Source: Candidatus Latescibacterota bacterium
GTDB taxonomy: Bacteria; Latescibacterota; UBA2968; GCA-2709665
Length of the DNA: 64,000 nt
NCBI GenBank assembly: GCA_965248435.1
Contig: OZ252100.1
Location: 5,504,001 to 5,568,000, forward strand
Direction of reading: 5' to 3'
Shown here: positions 47,412 to 57,771 of the stretch, piece by piece
Position numbering within the stretch: the first letter of the stretch is position 1
Layout of the letters: each line of letters starts with the position of its first letter
The notes under the pieces: generated by a model
What the model saw: only the letters and a program-made list of their open reading frames with translations
Database searches by the model: none
What the model was told of the DNA's origin: nothing
Made by a program: the position numbers and the translations under genes

Positions 47412-48044
47412 TTACTTCTGTTTTTGCTGTATGAAATGCCGACTGATCTCCGAAGCAGCGTGCTCTGCAAGCTCCTCTGGTGGTCGTAGGCCGTCCACCA
47501 CCAAGTCCGCATTTGCACCTACCTGTTGCTGCCGAGTGTAAAAATAGTGAAGTCCCACCTCCAAATATCTACGTAGACTGGCAATAGCATCCGCGCCGTT
47601 CGACGCATCTCTCAATACCATTCGCGCAAGGGCGACATCAAGGGGAATGTCGATATGCACAACGTAGTCAATCAAAGGGCGAACTTCATCTCGGTCGCGT
47701 CCCCAAGGCTCCTCTAAGAGAATGAACGGTGCCGGCTTGACACTTCTGCATCCGTGATCTGGTGGTTGGACCGACTGGCCCTCTTTCAGTACTCGAAGGT
47801 CTGCGGCTAGTTTTGGGACAGTGAGACGCTGGTTTGGATCCCCACCATCCTCAAGCCACCGGAGGAAACTGTTCTCCACGGGTTCGTCGTCGTCATAGGC
47901 CGAGAACCATTTTTGAACCGAATTGTAGGTGTCTAAGTATAGAACCGTGGAATCTGTCATTAGCTCATGAATTTTCCCAACAAGAGTCGTCTTTCCTGCA
48001 CCAGCAGGTCCGCTTACCACAATCACATGACTTTTACTATCCAT
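47412..48044 (-). CDS. P-loop kinase (uridine kinase/AAA-like; cassette)
   Basis: VSGPAGAGKTT, YLD, PLDVALAR. Confidence 0.8.
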   Translation of the reverse strand: MDSKSHVIVVSGPAGAGKTTLVGKIHELMTDSTVLYLDTYNSVQKWFSAYDDDEPVENSFLRWLEDGGDPNQRLTVPKLAADLRVLKEGQSVQPPDHGCRSVKPAPFILLEEPWGRDRDEVRPLIDYVVHIDIPLDVALARMVLRDASNGADAIASLRRYLEVGLHYFYTRQQQVGANADLVVDGLRPPEELAEHAASEISRHFIQQKQK

Positions 48045-48128
48045 TGTTAAAATTTTCCAAAAAGGTGATTGCTGGTTTTCTTGGTTTTGCGCGTTGTGGT
48101 GTCTTTCTCGGTAGGGTGGGGCGATTTC

Positions 48129-48214
48129 TGCTAACGTTCTCGGCACCCACGAACCCGCGGAGCGGGTTGGGCGAAGGGGCGGAAGCCCCGGAGCCGTGGG
48201 TGCTCGTGTTAGCC
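48129..48214 (-). repeat. attC site 4
   Basis: TGCTAAC-GTTCT-CGGCACCCACG...CGTGGGTGCTCGT-GTTAGCC, 86 bp. Confidence 0.82.
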
Positions 48215-48384
48215 GTCTGCGCAGATTCGGGTTCGCTCCTATCCAGGGCCTAAGGTTTGGTCAAGTTCCATGGCATATCTCAGCTCACGAAGGGAAGTGT
48301 CCTTTGTGTTGTGGAAACTGTCGTAAATACAGATCCAGTAGAATTTGGACATTGTCTCGTCTTCCGATTGTCAGGTTTGGGGGA

Positions 48385-48957
48385 TCAAATTCCGATTAGG
48401 CTGCGAGTGAGTCCGGAATGACCCCAATGCACTGCAAAGCATAGTATCAGAAACCAGAATGCGAACGTGCCTGGATACAGCAAGTCAAAGGCCATGGAAT
48501 GCGTGATATGTTTGGAGATGCGGGGTGGAAGCGGGTTTTTCATCCACGCCACTTTGGGGCAATCAGGAAGAGGTTCTGGTGGAACTTCTGTCTCTATCTT
48601 GTTGGGCTTAACTTTGCGCTGTCTGCTAAAGAAACCATTGTACCAATCTGGTCCCGTAAGTTTCCAGTAGCGATGTTCAATGTCTATTCCTCGCATTGCC
48701 AAGTTGGTGTACAACGCCCGGGTTCTTAGCTCCAGAATCCACGCACATAGACTTAGTAGACAGCCAAGCCCCGCGACTGGAATGCGTGAGGACCAGTTGT
48801 CCTGTAGGATGGCAGGTACCAGGAATCCAGTGGCTGCCAGGAAAAATCCAGCGATAACGAAACGAGTTGAGACTTGAGATGTGTGGTACGCAACTACTGC
48901 GTTGTACTCCGTTCTTGCGTTTTCCTGAATATCGGTGGGCGATGGTACAACTATCAT
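48385..48957 (-). CDS. hypothetical membrane protein (three TM segments)
   Basis: GGGAGG RBS before MIVVPS; hydrophobic segments. Confidence 0.7.
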   Translation of the reverse strand: MIVVPSPTDIQENARTEYNAVVAYHTSQVSTRFVIAGFFLAATGFLVPAILQDNWSSRIPVAGLGCLLSLCAWILELRTRALYTNLAMRGIDIEHRYWKLTGPDWYNGFFSRQRKVKPNKIETEVPPEPLPDCPKVAWMKNPLPPRISKHITHSMAFDLLYPGTFAFWFLILCFAVHWGHSGLTRSLIGI

Positions 48958-49037
48958 GTTAACCTCCCGCTGATGCTGGGGCGAATGCCTTGGCACGAAT
49001 CTGACTCATTTTGATTTTACTGGTGGGTTTCCAGGAC

Positions 49038-49463
49038 TTACCCGCGAAACACTCTTTCATTATGCCAAGCAAGGAAATCTTCTCCAGGCTGTTCCGCGGC
49101 AGTCTCAGGTTTCCTCTGACGAGAGCGAATGCCCTGCGCGCGCCAAATCGTCATCATGATTCTACTGACGATATTCGGAGAGAAGAGAGATGCAAACACA
49201 ATGGGAATGATTCCCAAGAGATTACCCGCAGCGACAGTGTAGCCACCGAGAATTAGGAGCGTCAGCACTAAGAGTTTTCTAAAATAACCTAGAGGTAGCC
49301 ATGGCCTTGAAGCAAAACCTGCTAGTTGGGCCTTTATTAGCCTAATTTTCTCTTGCTGCTCTTGTGTGAGATGTGGTTTCGCCTCTAGCTTACGCACTAT
49401 CTCCAAGAGCTCTATTGCTTGAGTTGCTTCATCTTCAGATTTTGACAAACCATTCTCCTTCAA
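49038..49463 (-). CDS. hypothetical membrane protein
   Basis: 141-aa ORF with two adjacent TM segments. Confidence 0.55.
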   Translation of the reverse strand: MKENGLSKSEDEATQAIELLEIVRKLEAKPHLTQEQQEKIRLIKAQLAGFASRPWLPLGYFRKLLVLTLLILGGYTVAAGNLLGIIPIVFASLFSPNIVSRIMMTIWRAQGIRSRQRKPETAAEQPGEDFLAWHNERVFRG

Positions 49464-49539
49464 CGCAAACCGCAGACGTCAGAATCTTCCCTTTTGCGTG
49501 AATAGCATCTTGTGGACGTATCTTCACAATAAACCTCTT

Positions 49540-50060
49540 TTAGAATCCGTGCATCATGGACCAGGGTAAAACCCGCACAATAGCGGTCTCAAATGAGGGC
49601 GATGGGATGGAGGTCTCCCCTTGCCCAGTAACATCTATTCTATGAGGAGCTGTATAGGTTGGCAGAAATGTCGCCTTTCTTTTGCGAAGGAGGCAATATG
49701 TGTCATGGGGCGATTGATGAAGATCCTCCGATAGCTGGCTCAAAGTCTTACCAAAGAGGACACGTGCGTCTTCTTTTTGTAGAAGATTTTCGAGTTCATC
49801 ATGTCGAAGATCAAATTCGGAGACGACGTCATTAAGCGATCTTCCCGCTAGGTCGCTTTCAATTTGAGTAGGTTTGGTTTTCATAACTCGCAAATCTGAA
49901 TCCACATGTTTTTCATCTTGAATAACGATGTCCTGCACTGGAAGGTCACTGGACTGGTCTGTTGAAAATTCTTGCTCCTTACCAGGCTTTCCAAATACCA
50001 GCCAGAGGATGACGGATAGAGCGAAGATAATGATTAATACCCATCTCAGATGATCTTCAT
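49540..50060 (-). pseudogene. membrane-anchored hypothetical protein with a 5' frameshift
   Basis: ATG AAG ATC ATC TGA is out of frame with LRWVLIIIFALSVILWLVFGK..., which continues into ORF 49540-49938. Confidence 0.5.
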
Positions 50061-50215
50061 ACTGATCCCTGAGCCAAACTACCTATCGGAGTCACTAATA
50101 GGACGAAGATTACCCATTTGGCAAGGCCCTTCAAGATCCGCATACACCATTACTCCATTCTGTAGGCGAACCAAAAGCGAAAACCCAGAAACCATCCTTG
50201 CAAGCGCAGCCACCT

Positions 50216-51532
50216 TTACGATGCGATCATATCCCTGAGTGCTTGGATAACGCCTTGGATCAGCGTGGCAACTTGGTCCCGCTCTGGATACGTGGAATCT
50301 AATTCCTGTGCTAAGGAATACGGGATGAATGCATATACTTCTACGCCTAGTGAAACGTCTACGTAGGTCCTGTTGGAATCCCCAAAGTAGAGATTCCAAT
50401 CTGCCCGTTCTTTCCAGTCATCCCCTACAAGACCCACGAGTGTTTCAGATAGTCTGGACCAATCATCTTTGACCCATCTGCCGGCAAGAGTTTCAAAGCC
50501 GTCAATTGTGTGTGTAGAGTAGGCTTCCTGACTTCTCTCTAGAGGCATCTTTATCCAAGTCACGCCTCTGTTGAAATGACCAAATTTGACATACGGCTCA
50601 ATTGTAAGCCTAAATCTGCGGGTACCTACTTCTAGAGAGCTTCTAACCAACCACGGCAAGCTCTCACCCGAAGTAAATAGATGGCTTCCCTGTGCCTTTG
50701 TGTCGCCGGGCCACACTCCTACGCTGATTGAAGGGGTGCCATCTGGATCAGGCATTGGATAAAGATTGATCTCACTTGCCCAACCGAAATCCACCGCGAT
50801 AGCAGCCCTATCGCCGGTGTCAACCAATGGGCTTTGAAAGGCATTGACCTTGGCAATGTACAAGCGTTTATGTATCTGGTGGAAGTTCGGATCCTTATCA
50901 TCCGTAGCAAACGCTAGATAGGAGAAATTTCGAACAGGGAACCACGTTGGGAAATTGGCTGAGAGGAACTCAATATAGTCCTGGACGAAAATGTTTGGGG
51001 AACCTAAGCTCATGTGGTAGCTGTGAATCTTTTGAAACAGTTCAACCACATCGGCCCAAGAGAGAGAACGTGTATAACTATTGAACTGATGAGGTTCATA
51101 CTTTTCTGTCGCCTTCAGAATCTGATTCTGTAACTGAGCGAAGCAGTCTATCTGTTGCAGTTTCACCTCGATTATCACAACTATGTTTCTGACGGTTATT
51201 CGGATGTCAATTATCGGCTTTTCCGCACCCTCGGCAAAGACGTCGCCCGTCAAGTCCAAACGTTCTGGCGTTAAAGTGACTCCGACAATGTGTTCGAATC
51301 CCTCCAGACCGCTCGCGGGAACCTGCAAGTCTATGTCTATCTTGTCATCGCTTGTTAGATTCTCTACTGACTGTTCATACACTTCAACAGGAACTACCAT
51401 TCGCATAAACTCAATCAGCATTGCAGGATCGTTGCGAAAAACTAAGGCCAGTCCCCGCGAGAGATTGTTCTCCAAGGTTGGATCACTTCCGCCGTCGGAG
51501 AAAAATCGGAATAAATTTAGGTGTGCGTTCAT
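50216..51532 (-). CDS. PD-(D/E)XK nuclease-like protein
   Basis: LENNLSR, IIDI...IIEVK, SWADV pattern; start taken at MNAHLNLF. Confidence 0.6.
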   Translation of the reverse strand: MNAHLNLFRFFSDGGSDPTLENNLSRGLALVFRNDPAMLIEFMRMVVPVEVYEQSVENLTSDDKIDIDLQVPASGLEGFEHIVGVTLTPERLDLTGDVFAEGAEKPIIDIRITVRNIVVIIEVKLQQIDCFAQLQNQILKATEKYEPHQFNSYTRSLSWADVVELFQKIHSYHMSLGSPNIFVQDYIEFLSANFPTWFPVRNFSYLAFATDDKDPNFHQIHKRLYIAKVNAFQSPLVDTGDRAAIAVDFGWASEINLYPMPDPDGTPSISVGVWPGDTKAQGSHLFTSGESLPWLVRSSLEVGTRRFRLTIEPYVKFGHFNRGVTWIKMPLERSQEAYSTHTIDGFETLAGRWVKDDWSRLSETLVGLVGDDWKERADWNLYFGDSNRTYVDVSLGVEVYAFIPYSLAQELDSTYPERDQVATLIQGVIQALRDMIAS

Positions 51533-51677
51533 ACCGTACCCTATGTGGATCAAATTGTGGGTGCTTTGGCACTCTTTTACTTTTCCAACCCAGGGCTTCC
51601 TTTGGCGTCTCACTCGGCGACTCCGACCTGGCCCTGAAGTCTCGTGCCCTAGACGTGCATACCCCTCCGTCTTTGTG

Positions 51678-52205
51678 TCAGCCCTGTTCCTGGGAACGCC
51701 GCCATAATTCAAGCAACATCCGGTTTTCCGTCAGACCCAATCGAGAATCTCGGACTTGCAAATACCTTACCGTTCCCTTGCCAAATCTACCCCCCTGCCT
51801 GTTCAAAGGCGGCTCAGTGGCTGCGATTAGAATTGCTTCCATGTGGTCAAGAGCGGCTGAGACCTTAGCTCCCGCCCTAAGTTTCTCGGTAGACAGTTGG
51901 CCGCTGTTTAGCACCCGTCTTAGTCCGAACCAGGAAAAGTGATCCCATCGGTCAGCGAGGACATCCTTGCGGTGTCGCTTGAGGCGATTAAGTAGACGTT
52001 GGTCCTTTGACCCGGTTTGGCCGACATAGATCACGTTGTGCCCTGAGTACAAGACATATATGCCTATCTGTCGTCTGAAGTCGACCGGTTCAGAAGAGCG
52101 CGCTCTGGCAGGAACCCCGAAAATGGCTCCAGGTTGATTACCTCGTCCCCAGAATACGTCCTCTTCCTTCCAGAACAAGCCATATGACTGGATAATGCCT
52201 GGCAT
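51678..52205 (-). CDS. GIY-YIG nuclease family protein
   Basis: GIYVLY...IYVGQT...RL..H...EAILI...PPLN. Confidence 0.85.
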   Translation of the reverse strand: MPGIIQSYGLFWKEEDVFWGRGNQPGAIFGVPARARSSEPVDFRRQIGIYVLYSGHNVIYVGQTGSKDQRLLNRLKRHRKDVLADRWDHFSWFGLRRVLNSGQLSTEKLRAGAKVSAALDHMEAILIAATEPPLNRQGGRFGKGTVRYLQVRDSRLGLTENRMLLELWRRSQEQG

Positions 52206-52261
52206 CTGATCTCGTATCGTATCCTATCATGAGGTGACCTCTTGGCTAATCAGCCCGTCTT

Positions 52262-52933
52262 CTAGAAGTCCTCCAATCTAAGGGCCTCAGTCTTCAATTT
52301 ACCAAGACTATAATCAACAGATTCAGTGACTTTGATTGCCTCATCTCCCAGTTCTAGATAAGAACGCGATCTGGGACCAATCACCTGGTAGGCTTCTCCA
52401 CCGAGATCCTCGAATTGGGAGGAAATGAGCATCCCAACTCTGGGAGCGTACCGGGCTTCTAGGGTTCCGATTCGCGCCGAGCTATCTTCGTTCCTAAAGA
52501 AAAGCGAGCGGGCAGAGAGAATACACGCGGGGTTGTCGTTGCTATTGTTGTCAAGCAACTTGACGAACCCTGTGGAGAATTGCACGTTACTATCTGATTG
52601 TGGCTCGCCAACTCCCATGAGTATGTGAGACGTACCGTCGCTTCCAATTATCTCGATGTTGTTTGCTCTGATTCTGTCTGCGTAAACGTTCCCCACTAAG
52701 AACTCGCCGAACTTGCTATCGAGATTACTAACTCGGCCTGCTACAGTAGCATCAGATTGGAAAGTGAGAATCGCGATCATTCCGGTGATCATTAGAATTA
52801 AGACTCCGCCCACGGCGGAAAGGAAAACTTGGAAGATCCGCAACCTGGCTTCCAAGGAGTTCAATCTCTCCTTCAGCGTTGCTTCAACGGATAAGACCTT
52901 TGCCTCCAGGACAGCAGTTTCCATCAATTGCAT
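52262..52933 (-). CDS. hypothetical protein (coiled coil, TM segment, beta-rich domain)
   Basis: GAGG RBS; 223-aa ORF. Confidence 0.65.
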   Translation of the reverse strand: MQLMETAVLEAKVLSVEATLKERLNSLEARLRIFQVFLSAVGGVLILMITGMIAILTFQSDATVAGRVSNLDSKFGEFLVGNVYADRIRANNIEIIGSDGTSHILMGVGEPQSDSNVQFSTGFVKLLDNNSNDNPACILSARSLFFRNEDSSARIGTLEARYAPRVGMLISSQFEDLGGEAYQVIGPRSRSYLELGDEAIKVTESVDYSLGKLKTEALRLEDF

Positions 52934-52972
52934 GAGAAACCTCGCTAGTATTAGATGGTTATGAGACCGGCT

Positions 52973-53971
52973 TTAGAAATCAGCATCGTCATCAGGTCTG
53001 ATCTTCAGCCCGAACGAAATAGGGAAGTGGTCGCTGAAGGTCCTCCTCCAATCGGCGAACGTATCCGAGTTGCCAGGAAGGAAGATGTCGGCCTTTTTCT
53101 GTGAGATGTGACCTCTAGCTCCTTTGTTCACTAGGATGTGATCGATGACGCTCTTAAGAGCCTGGTCCATACGCGTAGAATGGAAGTCTGGAGTGATAAG
53201 ATTTGTGTAACCCTTGAACCTCAAGTGCGTGTATAGTCCTTTCGAAAATCGGAGATTTCCCGCACTCGTTCTGGCATAGGGATTATCATTGAAGTCGCCC
53301 AGTATGATTCTGTCGCTCTCCTTGATCTCGTGAGCCAGCAGTGAGTTTCGCAGGTTGTACTCCAGTAGGGTCACAGCGATTAGGTGATTCTCATCGTTGG
53401 CCTGCCCTGACTTAAGATGAAGGTTTACGATTGCGAAGTCGTTCGCGCCCTCCTCGTCTTTGATGGCTTCGAAGTATCCGATCAAGGGAACGCGAGGGAA
53501 CAAGGGGGATCCCGCTAGGTCTGGGTTCTCGATGTCCATGGCGTAGACATTGAGGAGGTTTACTCTGCTCTTGTTCCACAGGAAGCCCACGAACATGTTG
53601 GCGTGTCCGCTGGGTATCTGGTCCACCCAGGGGAGGTAGTAGGCCCAACTCGATCCAAGTTCTGCAACGATTTTGTCCAGAGGTCTGGACAAAGAAAAGT
53701 CTCCATCTTTGTGCGTTATTGACGCCTCCTGGAACGCCACAATGTCGGAGTTCAGCGTGTCTTTGATCAGCTTTGCAATGGCTTTGAGCTGATCATCGGT
53801 CCGCTTCTCAAGATCCCTTCGTCCGAAACCACCTGCAAATCCTCTTCCGTCCCCTCCAAGCGTCTCGATATTCCAGGTTGTAACTGTTAGGTGATCCTGG
53901 CCTCCAGCAGTTATCGGTATAAGAGCCAGAACCATGCCTAAAAAGGCATGTTTAAGAATAGGCTTTCGCAT
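52973..53971 (-). CDS. secreted endonuclease/exonuclease/phosphatase family protein
   Basis: Signal peptide; TWNIE, AFQE, HLKS, ILGDFN, IDHI, SDHFP. Confidence 0.9.
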   Translation of the reverse strand: MRKPILKHAFLGMVLALIPITAGGQDHLTVTTWNIETLGGDGRGFAGGFGRRDLEKRTDDQLKAIAKLIKDTLNSDIVAFQEASITHKDGDFSLSRPLDKIVAELGSSWAYYLPWVDQIPSGHANMFVGFLWNKSRVNLLNVYAMDIENPDLAGSPLFPRVPLIGYFEAIKDEEGANDFAIVNLHLKSGQANDENHLIAVTLLEYNLRNSLLAHEIKESDRIILGDFNDNPYARTSAGNLRFSKGLYTHLRFKGYTNLITPDFHSTRMDQALKSVIDHILVNKGARGHISQKKADIFLPGNSDTFADWRRTFSDHFPISFGLKIRPDDDADF

Positions 53972-54314
53972 TTGACCACTCCCTAATTGTCTAGTCTTGC
54001 TTCAGGAACTCCCGTCACCTCCGCCAGAGTTGGAAGAGAACTCGCCAAGAGAACCACAAGTGTTTGACAGCGGATGTTCATCTTTACCTCCGCAATAGAA
54101 TGATTTTCACTTGAAACATGAAAAAAACCTTACCATCTCCACCCTTGGGGAGCCAATTCAACATTTTTGATCATATGGTTTCGACAATGACATTATTGCC
54201 TCTGGAGGGTCTTAACTTTCAGAGTCAGAGACGATAGGGGGGCGTGTTCACGGGTTCACTTTGCTGGGCTTGTCAAAAGCGTCATTTTTGGCTGATACAA
54301 GACGGGTCTATTGG

Positions 54315-54536
54315 TTATTCCTCCTTTTGTCCCGCATCTCCATCTTCTTGAAGCGGCTGTTCGTCAGGATCGATTGGCAGCCAGGGCACTTTCAATAATG
54401 CCTCAATAATGTTATCCTTGGGTGGATCTTCTGACTCATCTTGTCTGCTCGAATCCTCATCATGTTTGCCTTTCTCTTCGTCCTCTGGATCTAAATTACC
54501 TCTGCTATCACTTTCCATTCCTAGTCTCCTAATCAT
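54315..54536 (-). CDS. small acidic hypothetical protein
   Basis: D/E-rich 73-aa ORF downstream of rmuC. Confidence 0.35.
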   Translation of the reverse strand: MIRRLGMESDSRGNLDPEDEEKGKHDEDSSRQDESEDPPKDNIIEALLKVPWLPIDPDEQPLQEDGDAGQKEE

Positions 54537-54563
54537 TAGGGCGATTCACTGCGATTTCCATTC

Positions 54564-55562
54564 CTAGTCACTCGTTTCGGTTAATTCAAGAGCCCGAGTT
54601 TCTGCGCTTACTTCAAGGCTCGTAAGTCCTGCGCTGATTTTGCTTAGATGAGCACGCATCTCGTCACGGGAGTTGCCCATCATGATAACCGCTCTTGACA
54701 GCCGCCCCTCGAGCTCATCCTGCAATGCCTCTATGTTTGACTGCACACTCTGGACGTATGCGTTCAACCTTTGCACGTCCACCGTTTGCGAGGTTTTGAG
54801 AATTGTCTGAAATACCAACAGTAGATACGGCACAAACATGCTGTAACTCACAAGTACAACATTTATCTGGAATGCTTCAACCTGTATCCTGGCACATAAA
54901 TCGTAGATTGCGTCAGGTACCGCCGGGACTGCAAAGTCTACCGTGATATTCGGATCGATATACTTCCTGACTTCCTTGGCTTTAGCCAGAACTGCTTTTT
55001 CAATATCGCTTTTCAACTTCTGCTGCTCATCTAGGTTCTCAGTTGCCAGAAACTGTTCCAGCAAGTTGGTCGCTGCCCATTTGCTGTCAATCGGCAGCAC
55101 GAGATTATTGGGTAAGCGCAGTCCAAACTCAACTGTCTTATTACCAACCTTGAAATCCCGCACCTGCCACTCTGATGGCAATTGGGCAAAGACAACTTCA
55201 ACGATATTCTCCCCGGCCACGCCTTTAGTCTGCGTACCAGCGATAATCCCTTCAAGACGCCGTATTGATTCTGATGTTTGGCGTTCCAGGTCTTGCCGCG
55301 CTTTTGCATGTGCTTGGATTGATGCCAGATTCTCGCGGGCTTGTTCTAGGCCGCTACGAATAGCCGATGTTGTCTCGACGAGGCTCTTTGCCGCAGTACC
55401 AGTTTCGACCAGTTTCGTTTCAAGCGCATTGATGTTTTGACTCGTTTGACTCTGGTTCTGCTCAACAGTCGATATTCTCCCTATTAGTCCTCGCAACGTC
55501 ATGAATGTAACGAGGAGTATACCAAGTAAGACTATTAGCAGTATCAGAACGAGAAAGTCCAT
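54564..55562 (-). CDS. rmuC: DNA recombination protein RmuC family
   Basis: N-terminal TM and coiled coil; KG.AGE, LPIDSK, KYIDP..T.DFA. Confidence 0.8.
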   Translation of the reverse strand: MDFLVLILLIVLLGILLVTFMTLRGLIGRISTVEQNQSQTSQNINALETKLVETGTAAKSLVETTSAIRSGLEQARENLASIQAHAKARQDLERQTSESIRRLEGIIAGTQTKGVAGENIVEVVFAQLPSEWQVRDFKVGNKTVEFGLRLPNNLVLPIDSKWAATNLLEQFLATENLDEQQKLKSDIEKAVLAKAKEVRKYIDPNITVDFAVPAVPDAIYDLCARIQVEAFQINVVLVSYSMFVPYLLLVFQTILKTSQTVDVQRLNAYVQSVQSNIEALQDELEGRLSRAVIMMGNSRDEMRAHLSKISAGLTSLEVSAETRALELTETSD

Positions 55563-55679
55563 TTCCTTGACTCCGGTCCAATCCAGTCCTACTTGGCGCC
55601 CCCTCACGAAGACGCGGTCACACTAGGGAACGAACTCAATTGAGAGCGCAAAAATATTCCGAGATGGCATTCCGAGAAC

Positions 55680-57767
55680 TCACATCCGCATATCATCTAG
55701 AAATTCAGATGCCGGATCGACACTCGTGACAAGCAAATGGTCCCTTGCACGCGTGCATGCGACGTAGAGCAGATGCCGCTCGGTGTCATAGACTTCCTTC
55801 AGATCAGCGTCGTCGCCAACCGTCTCGATACGCTCCTGCAAAGGTATCACCTCGTCATCGCAGGCCATTACGACCACAGCCCGGAACTCCAGACCTTTGG
55901 CAAGGTGCATGGTGCTGACTGAGACATGGCCGCTGGTGGTTTCGACGTGTTCATCGAGAACCTTGAAAACAAAGCCCGCTTCCTCTACAGCAGCTCGAGC
56001 ACGATCCAGTTGCGCTGAGGATCTGACGAAAACGCCGAACTCGTGTGGCAACACACCATCCTTTGCCCGCTCTGCAATCCAGATGCCGACAGCCTCGCTT
56101 TCCTCGCCTTCACTCTTGAATGAGCGCATCGTCGGCGGTGGGCCGTTGAATACGGAAACCGTATCGCTCCGATCCTCGCCGTTACCATCCACGTCTGTCA
56201 CCACCGGGGCGAGCAGGCGGTCCGCCTGCGTCCGGATCTGATGAGAAGTGCGGTAGTTGACCCGTAAAGTGGGCGAGCGTCCCCGGATGTCCACTCCGAG
56301 GGCTTTCCACGAATATGGTTGCTGGAAGATGCGCTGACCCAGGTCGCCGGCAAAAAAGAGTGCGTTGGGCCGACCACCGCCCAAGGCGGCGAAGAACCGG
56401 AGATGGGTGACGCTGATGTCCTGCGCCTCGTCCACGGCCGCGAAGTCGAAAACCACGTTCTCACTCTTCGAGAGCGCGCGTGCCAATGAATCGAACAGCT
56501 CCGCGTGGGTGATCAGTTGGCGCGCCTGTAGCCCCTCACGGATGCCCTCGAAGATAGACCAAAGCACTGTGCGCTGCGCCTCTGGAAGCCGCGTCTTTCT
56601 ACCAAGGCGCACAACATCTCGATAATTCTCCCAAGTCTTCAATTGCCACGAGTCTACCACCTGCTCCCATTCCGTGAGCAAGAAATGCTGGCTGAACTTG
56701 TGGTCATCCACGTCGCTCGCTGCCTCCTGGATCAGCTCGCGCAGCACTTCACGGCTGGCAATCGTCGCCTGCCCGACATGCGCTTTGTAGAGCCGCAGGC
56801 CAATAGTGTTGAGTGAGTAAACGTCAATCCGTTCTGCAAGCCGTGGCTCGCTGCTCAACAGCCGTCTCAGCCTCGTATGCAGCGCATTAGCCAGCGTGCC
56901 TGAGAAGGTCGTCAGCAACACGCGGGCGTCGGGGTGCGTGCGTGCCAAATGTGCAGCACGGTGCAATGCAACGATTGTCTTACCAGTGCCCGCCGAACCG
57001 GAGACTCGCGCTGGACCTGTGTAATCCCGCTCCACCCATTGCCGCTGCTCCGGATGAAGGAAGACAGCCCATTTCTCCCAAGGGTAATCGAGAGCGGCCT
57101 CCAACTCCTCCACATTCGACATGACCCGAAAGCGGCGTTGGGAATCCGGATGATCGAAGGGATCTGCTGTCGGTACGGCCGGCTCAGGCGGGCGGGGCTT
57201 TCCGCCTGTTGCAAGTTCCAACAATGCCTCGGAAGCCTCAGCGGGAAGGTAGTCTACTAAAGCCAGCAGTGTGCCCTCGGTGGCCTCCTTGACGTCATTG
57301 AGCCACTCGGCGGGAACACCATAGCCGAGTAGTTCATCATCCGACACCCCGGTAAGAATAGGCTGCTCCTCGACTTCAGCCTCCGGCATCACAGCAAGTT
57401 CTGTCTGCACATAGACCGGAACAATGATTTCCTTCACCGTCTCCCGAACCTCGACCAATTGCGCTGCGCCCGTCTTCGGGTGCGTCTCCAACTTGCGCCG
57501 TTCTGCCCAATCATACGCTTTGTCGTGGTGGTCAACGTAGCAGAGCAGAAGGTTTGCGTCGCTCTTGTGAACAATTAGACGGATGTCCCTGCTGACCCGC
57601 ACCGACCAGAAGTTCTTGTCCTTCGCCTTGTCAAGCTTGTGGAAGCTCATCGCGGGATTGGCCGGGTTGAGTTGCAAGTCGAAAGCCGTCGTCTTGACGG
57701 CCTTCTGCTCGTCGCCGGACAGGCGGGCAAGGCTATCGGTGAAGGTGTCAGCGATGCGGAAGTCCAT
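55680..57767 (-). CDS. UvrD-like SF1 helicase with RelE-like N-terminal domain
   Basis: N-terminal FWSVRVSRDIRLIVH; GSAGTGKT, VDEAQD, GDLGQRIF, NYRT, HLAKGLEF, LYVACTRARD. Confidence 0.88.
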   Translation of the reverse strand: MDFRIADTFTDSLARLSGDEQKAVKTTAFDLQLNPANPAMSFHKLDKAKDKNFWSVRVSRDIRLIVHKSDANLLLCYVDHHDKAYDWAERRKLETHPKTGAAQLVEVRETVKEIIVPVYVQTELAVMPEAEVEEQPILTGVSDDELLGYGVPAEWLNDVKEATEGTLLALVDYLPAEASEALLELATGGKPRPPEPAVPTADPFDHPDSQRRFRVMSNVEELEAALDYPWEKWAVFLHPEQRQWVERDYTGPARVSGSAGTGKTIVALHRAAHLARTHPDARVLLTTFSGTLANALHTRLRRLLSSEPRLAERIDVYSLNTIGLRLYKAHVGQATIASREVLRELIQEAASDVDDHKFSQHFLLTEWEQVVDSWQLKTWENYRDVVRLGRKTRLPEAQRTVLWSIFEGIREGLQARQLITHAELFDSLARALSKSENVVFDFAAVDEAQDISVTHLRFFAALGGGRPNALFFAGDLGQRIFQQPYSWKALGVDIRGRSPTLRVNYRTSHQIRTQADRLLAPVVTDVDGNGEDRSDTVSVFNGPPPTMRSFKSEGEESEAVGIWIAERAKDGVLPHEFGVFVRSSAQLDRARAAVEEAGFVFKVLDEHVETTSGHVSVSTMHLAKGLEFRAVVVMACDDEVIPLQERIETVGDDADLKEVYDTERHLLYVACTRARDHLLVTSVDPASEFLDDMRM

Positions 57768-57771
57768 TACA

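Noticed and set aside
48991-49006. Third sigma54 promoter (TGGCACGAATCTGAC)
   Set aside because: The -12 TTGC is not matched and it faces away from the local - strand genes
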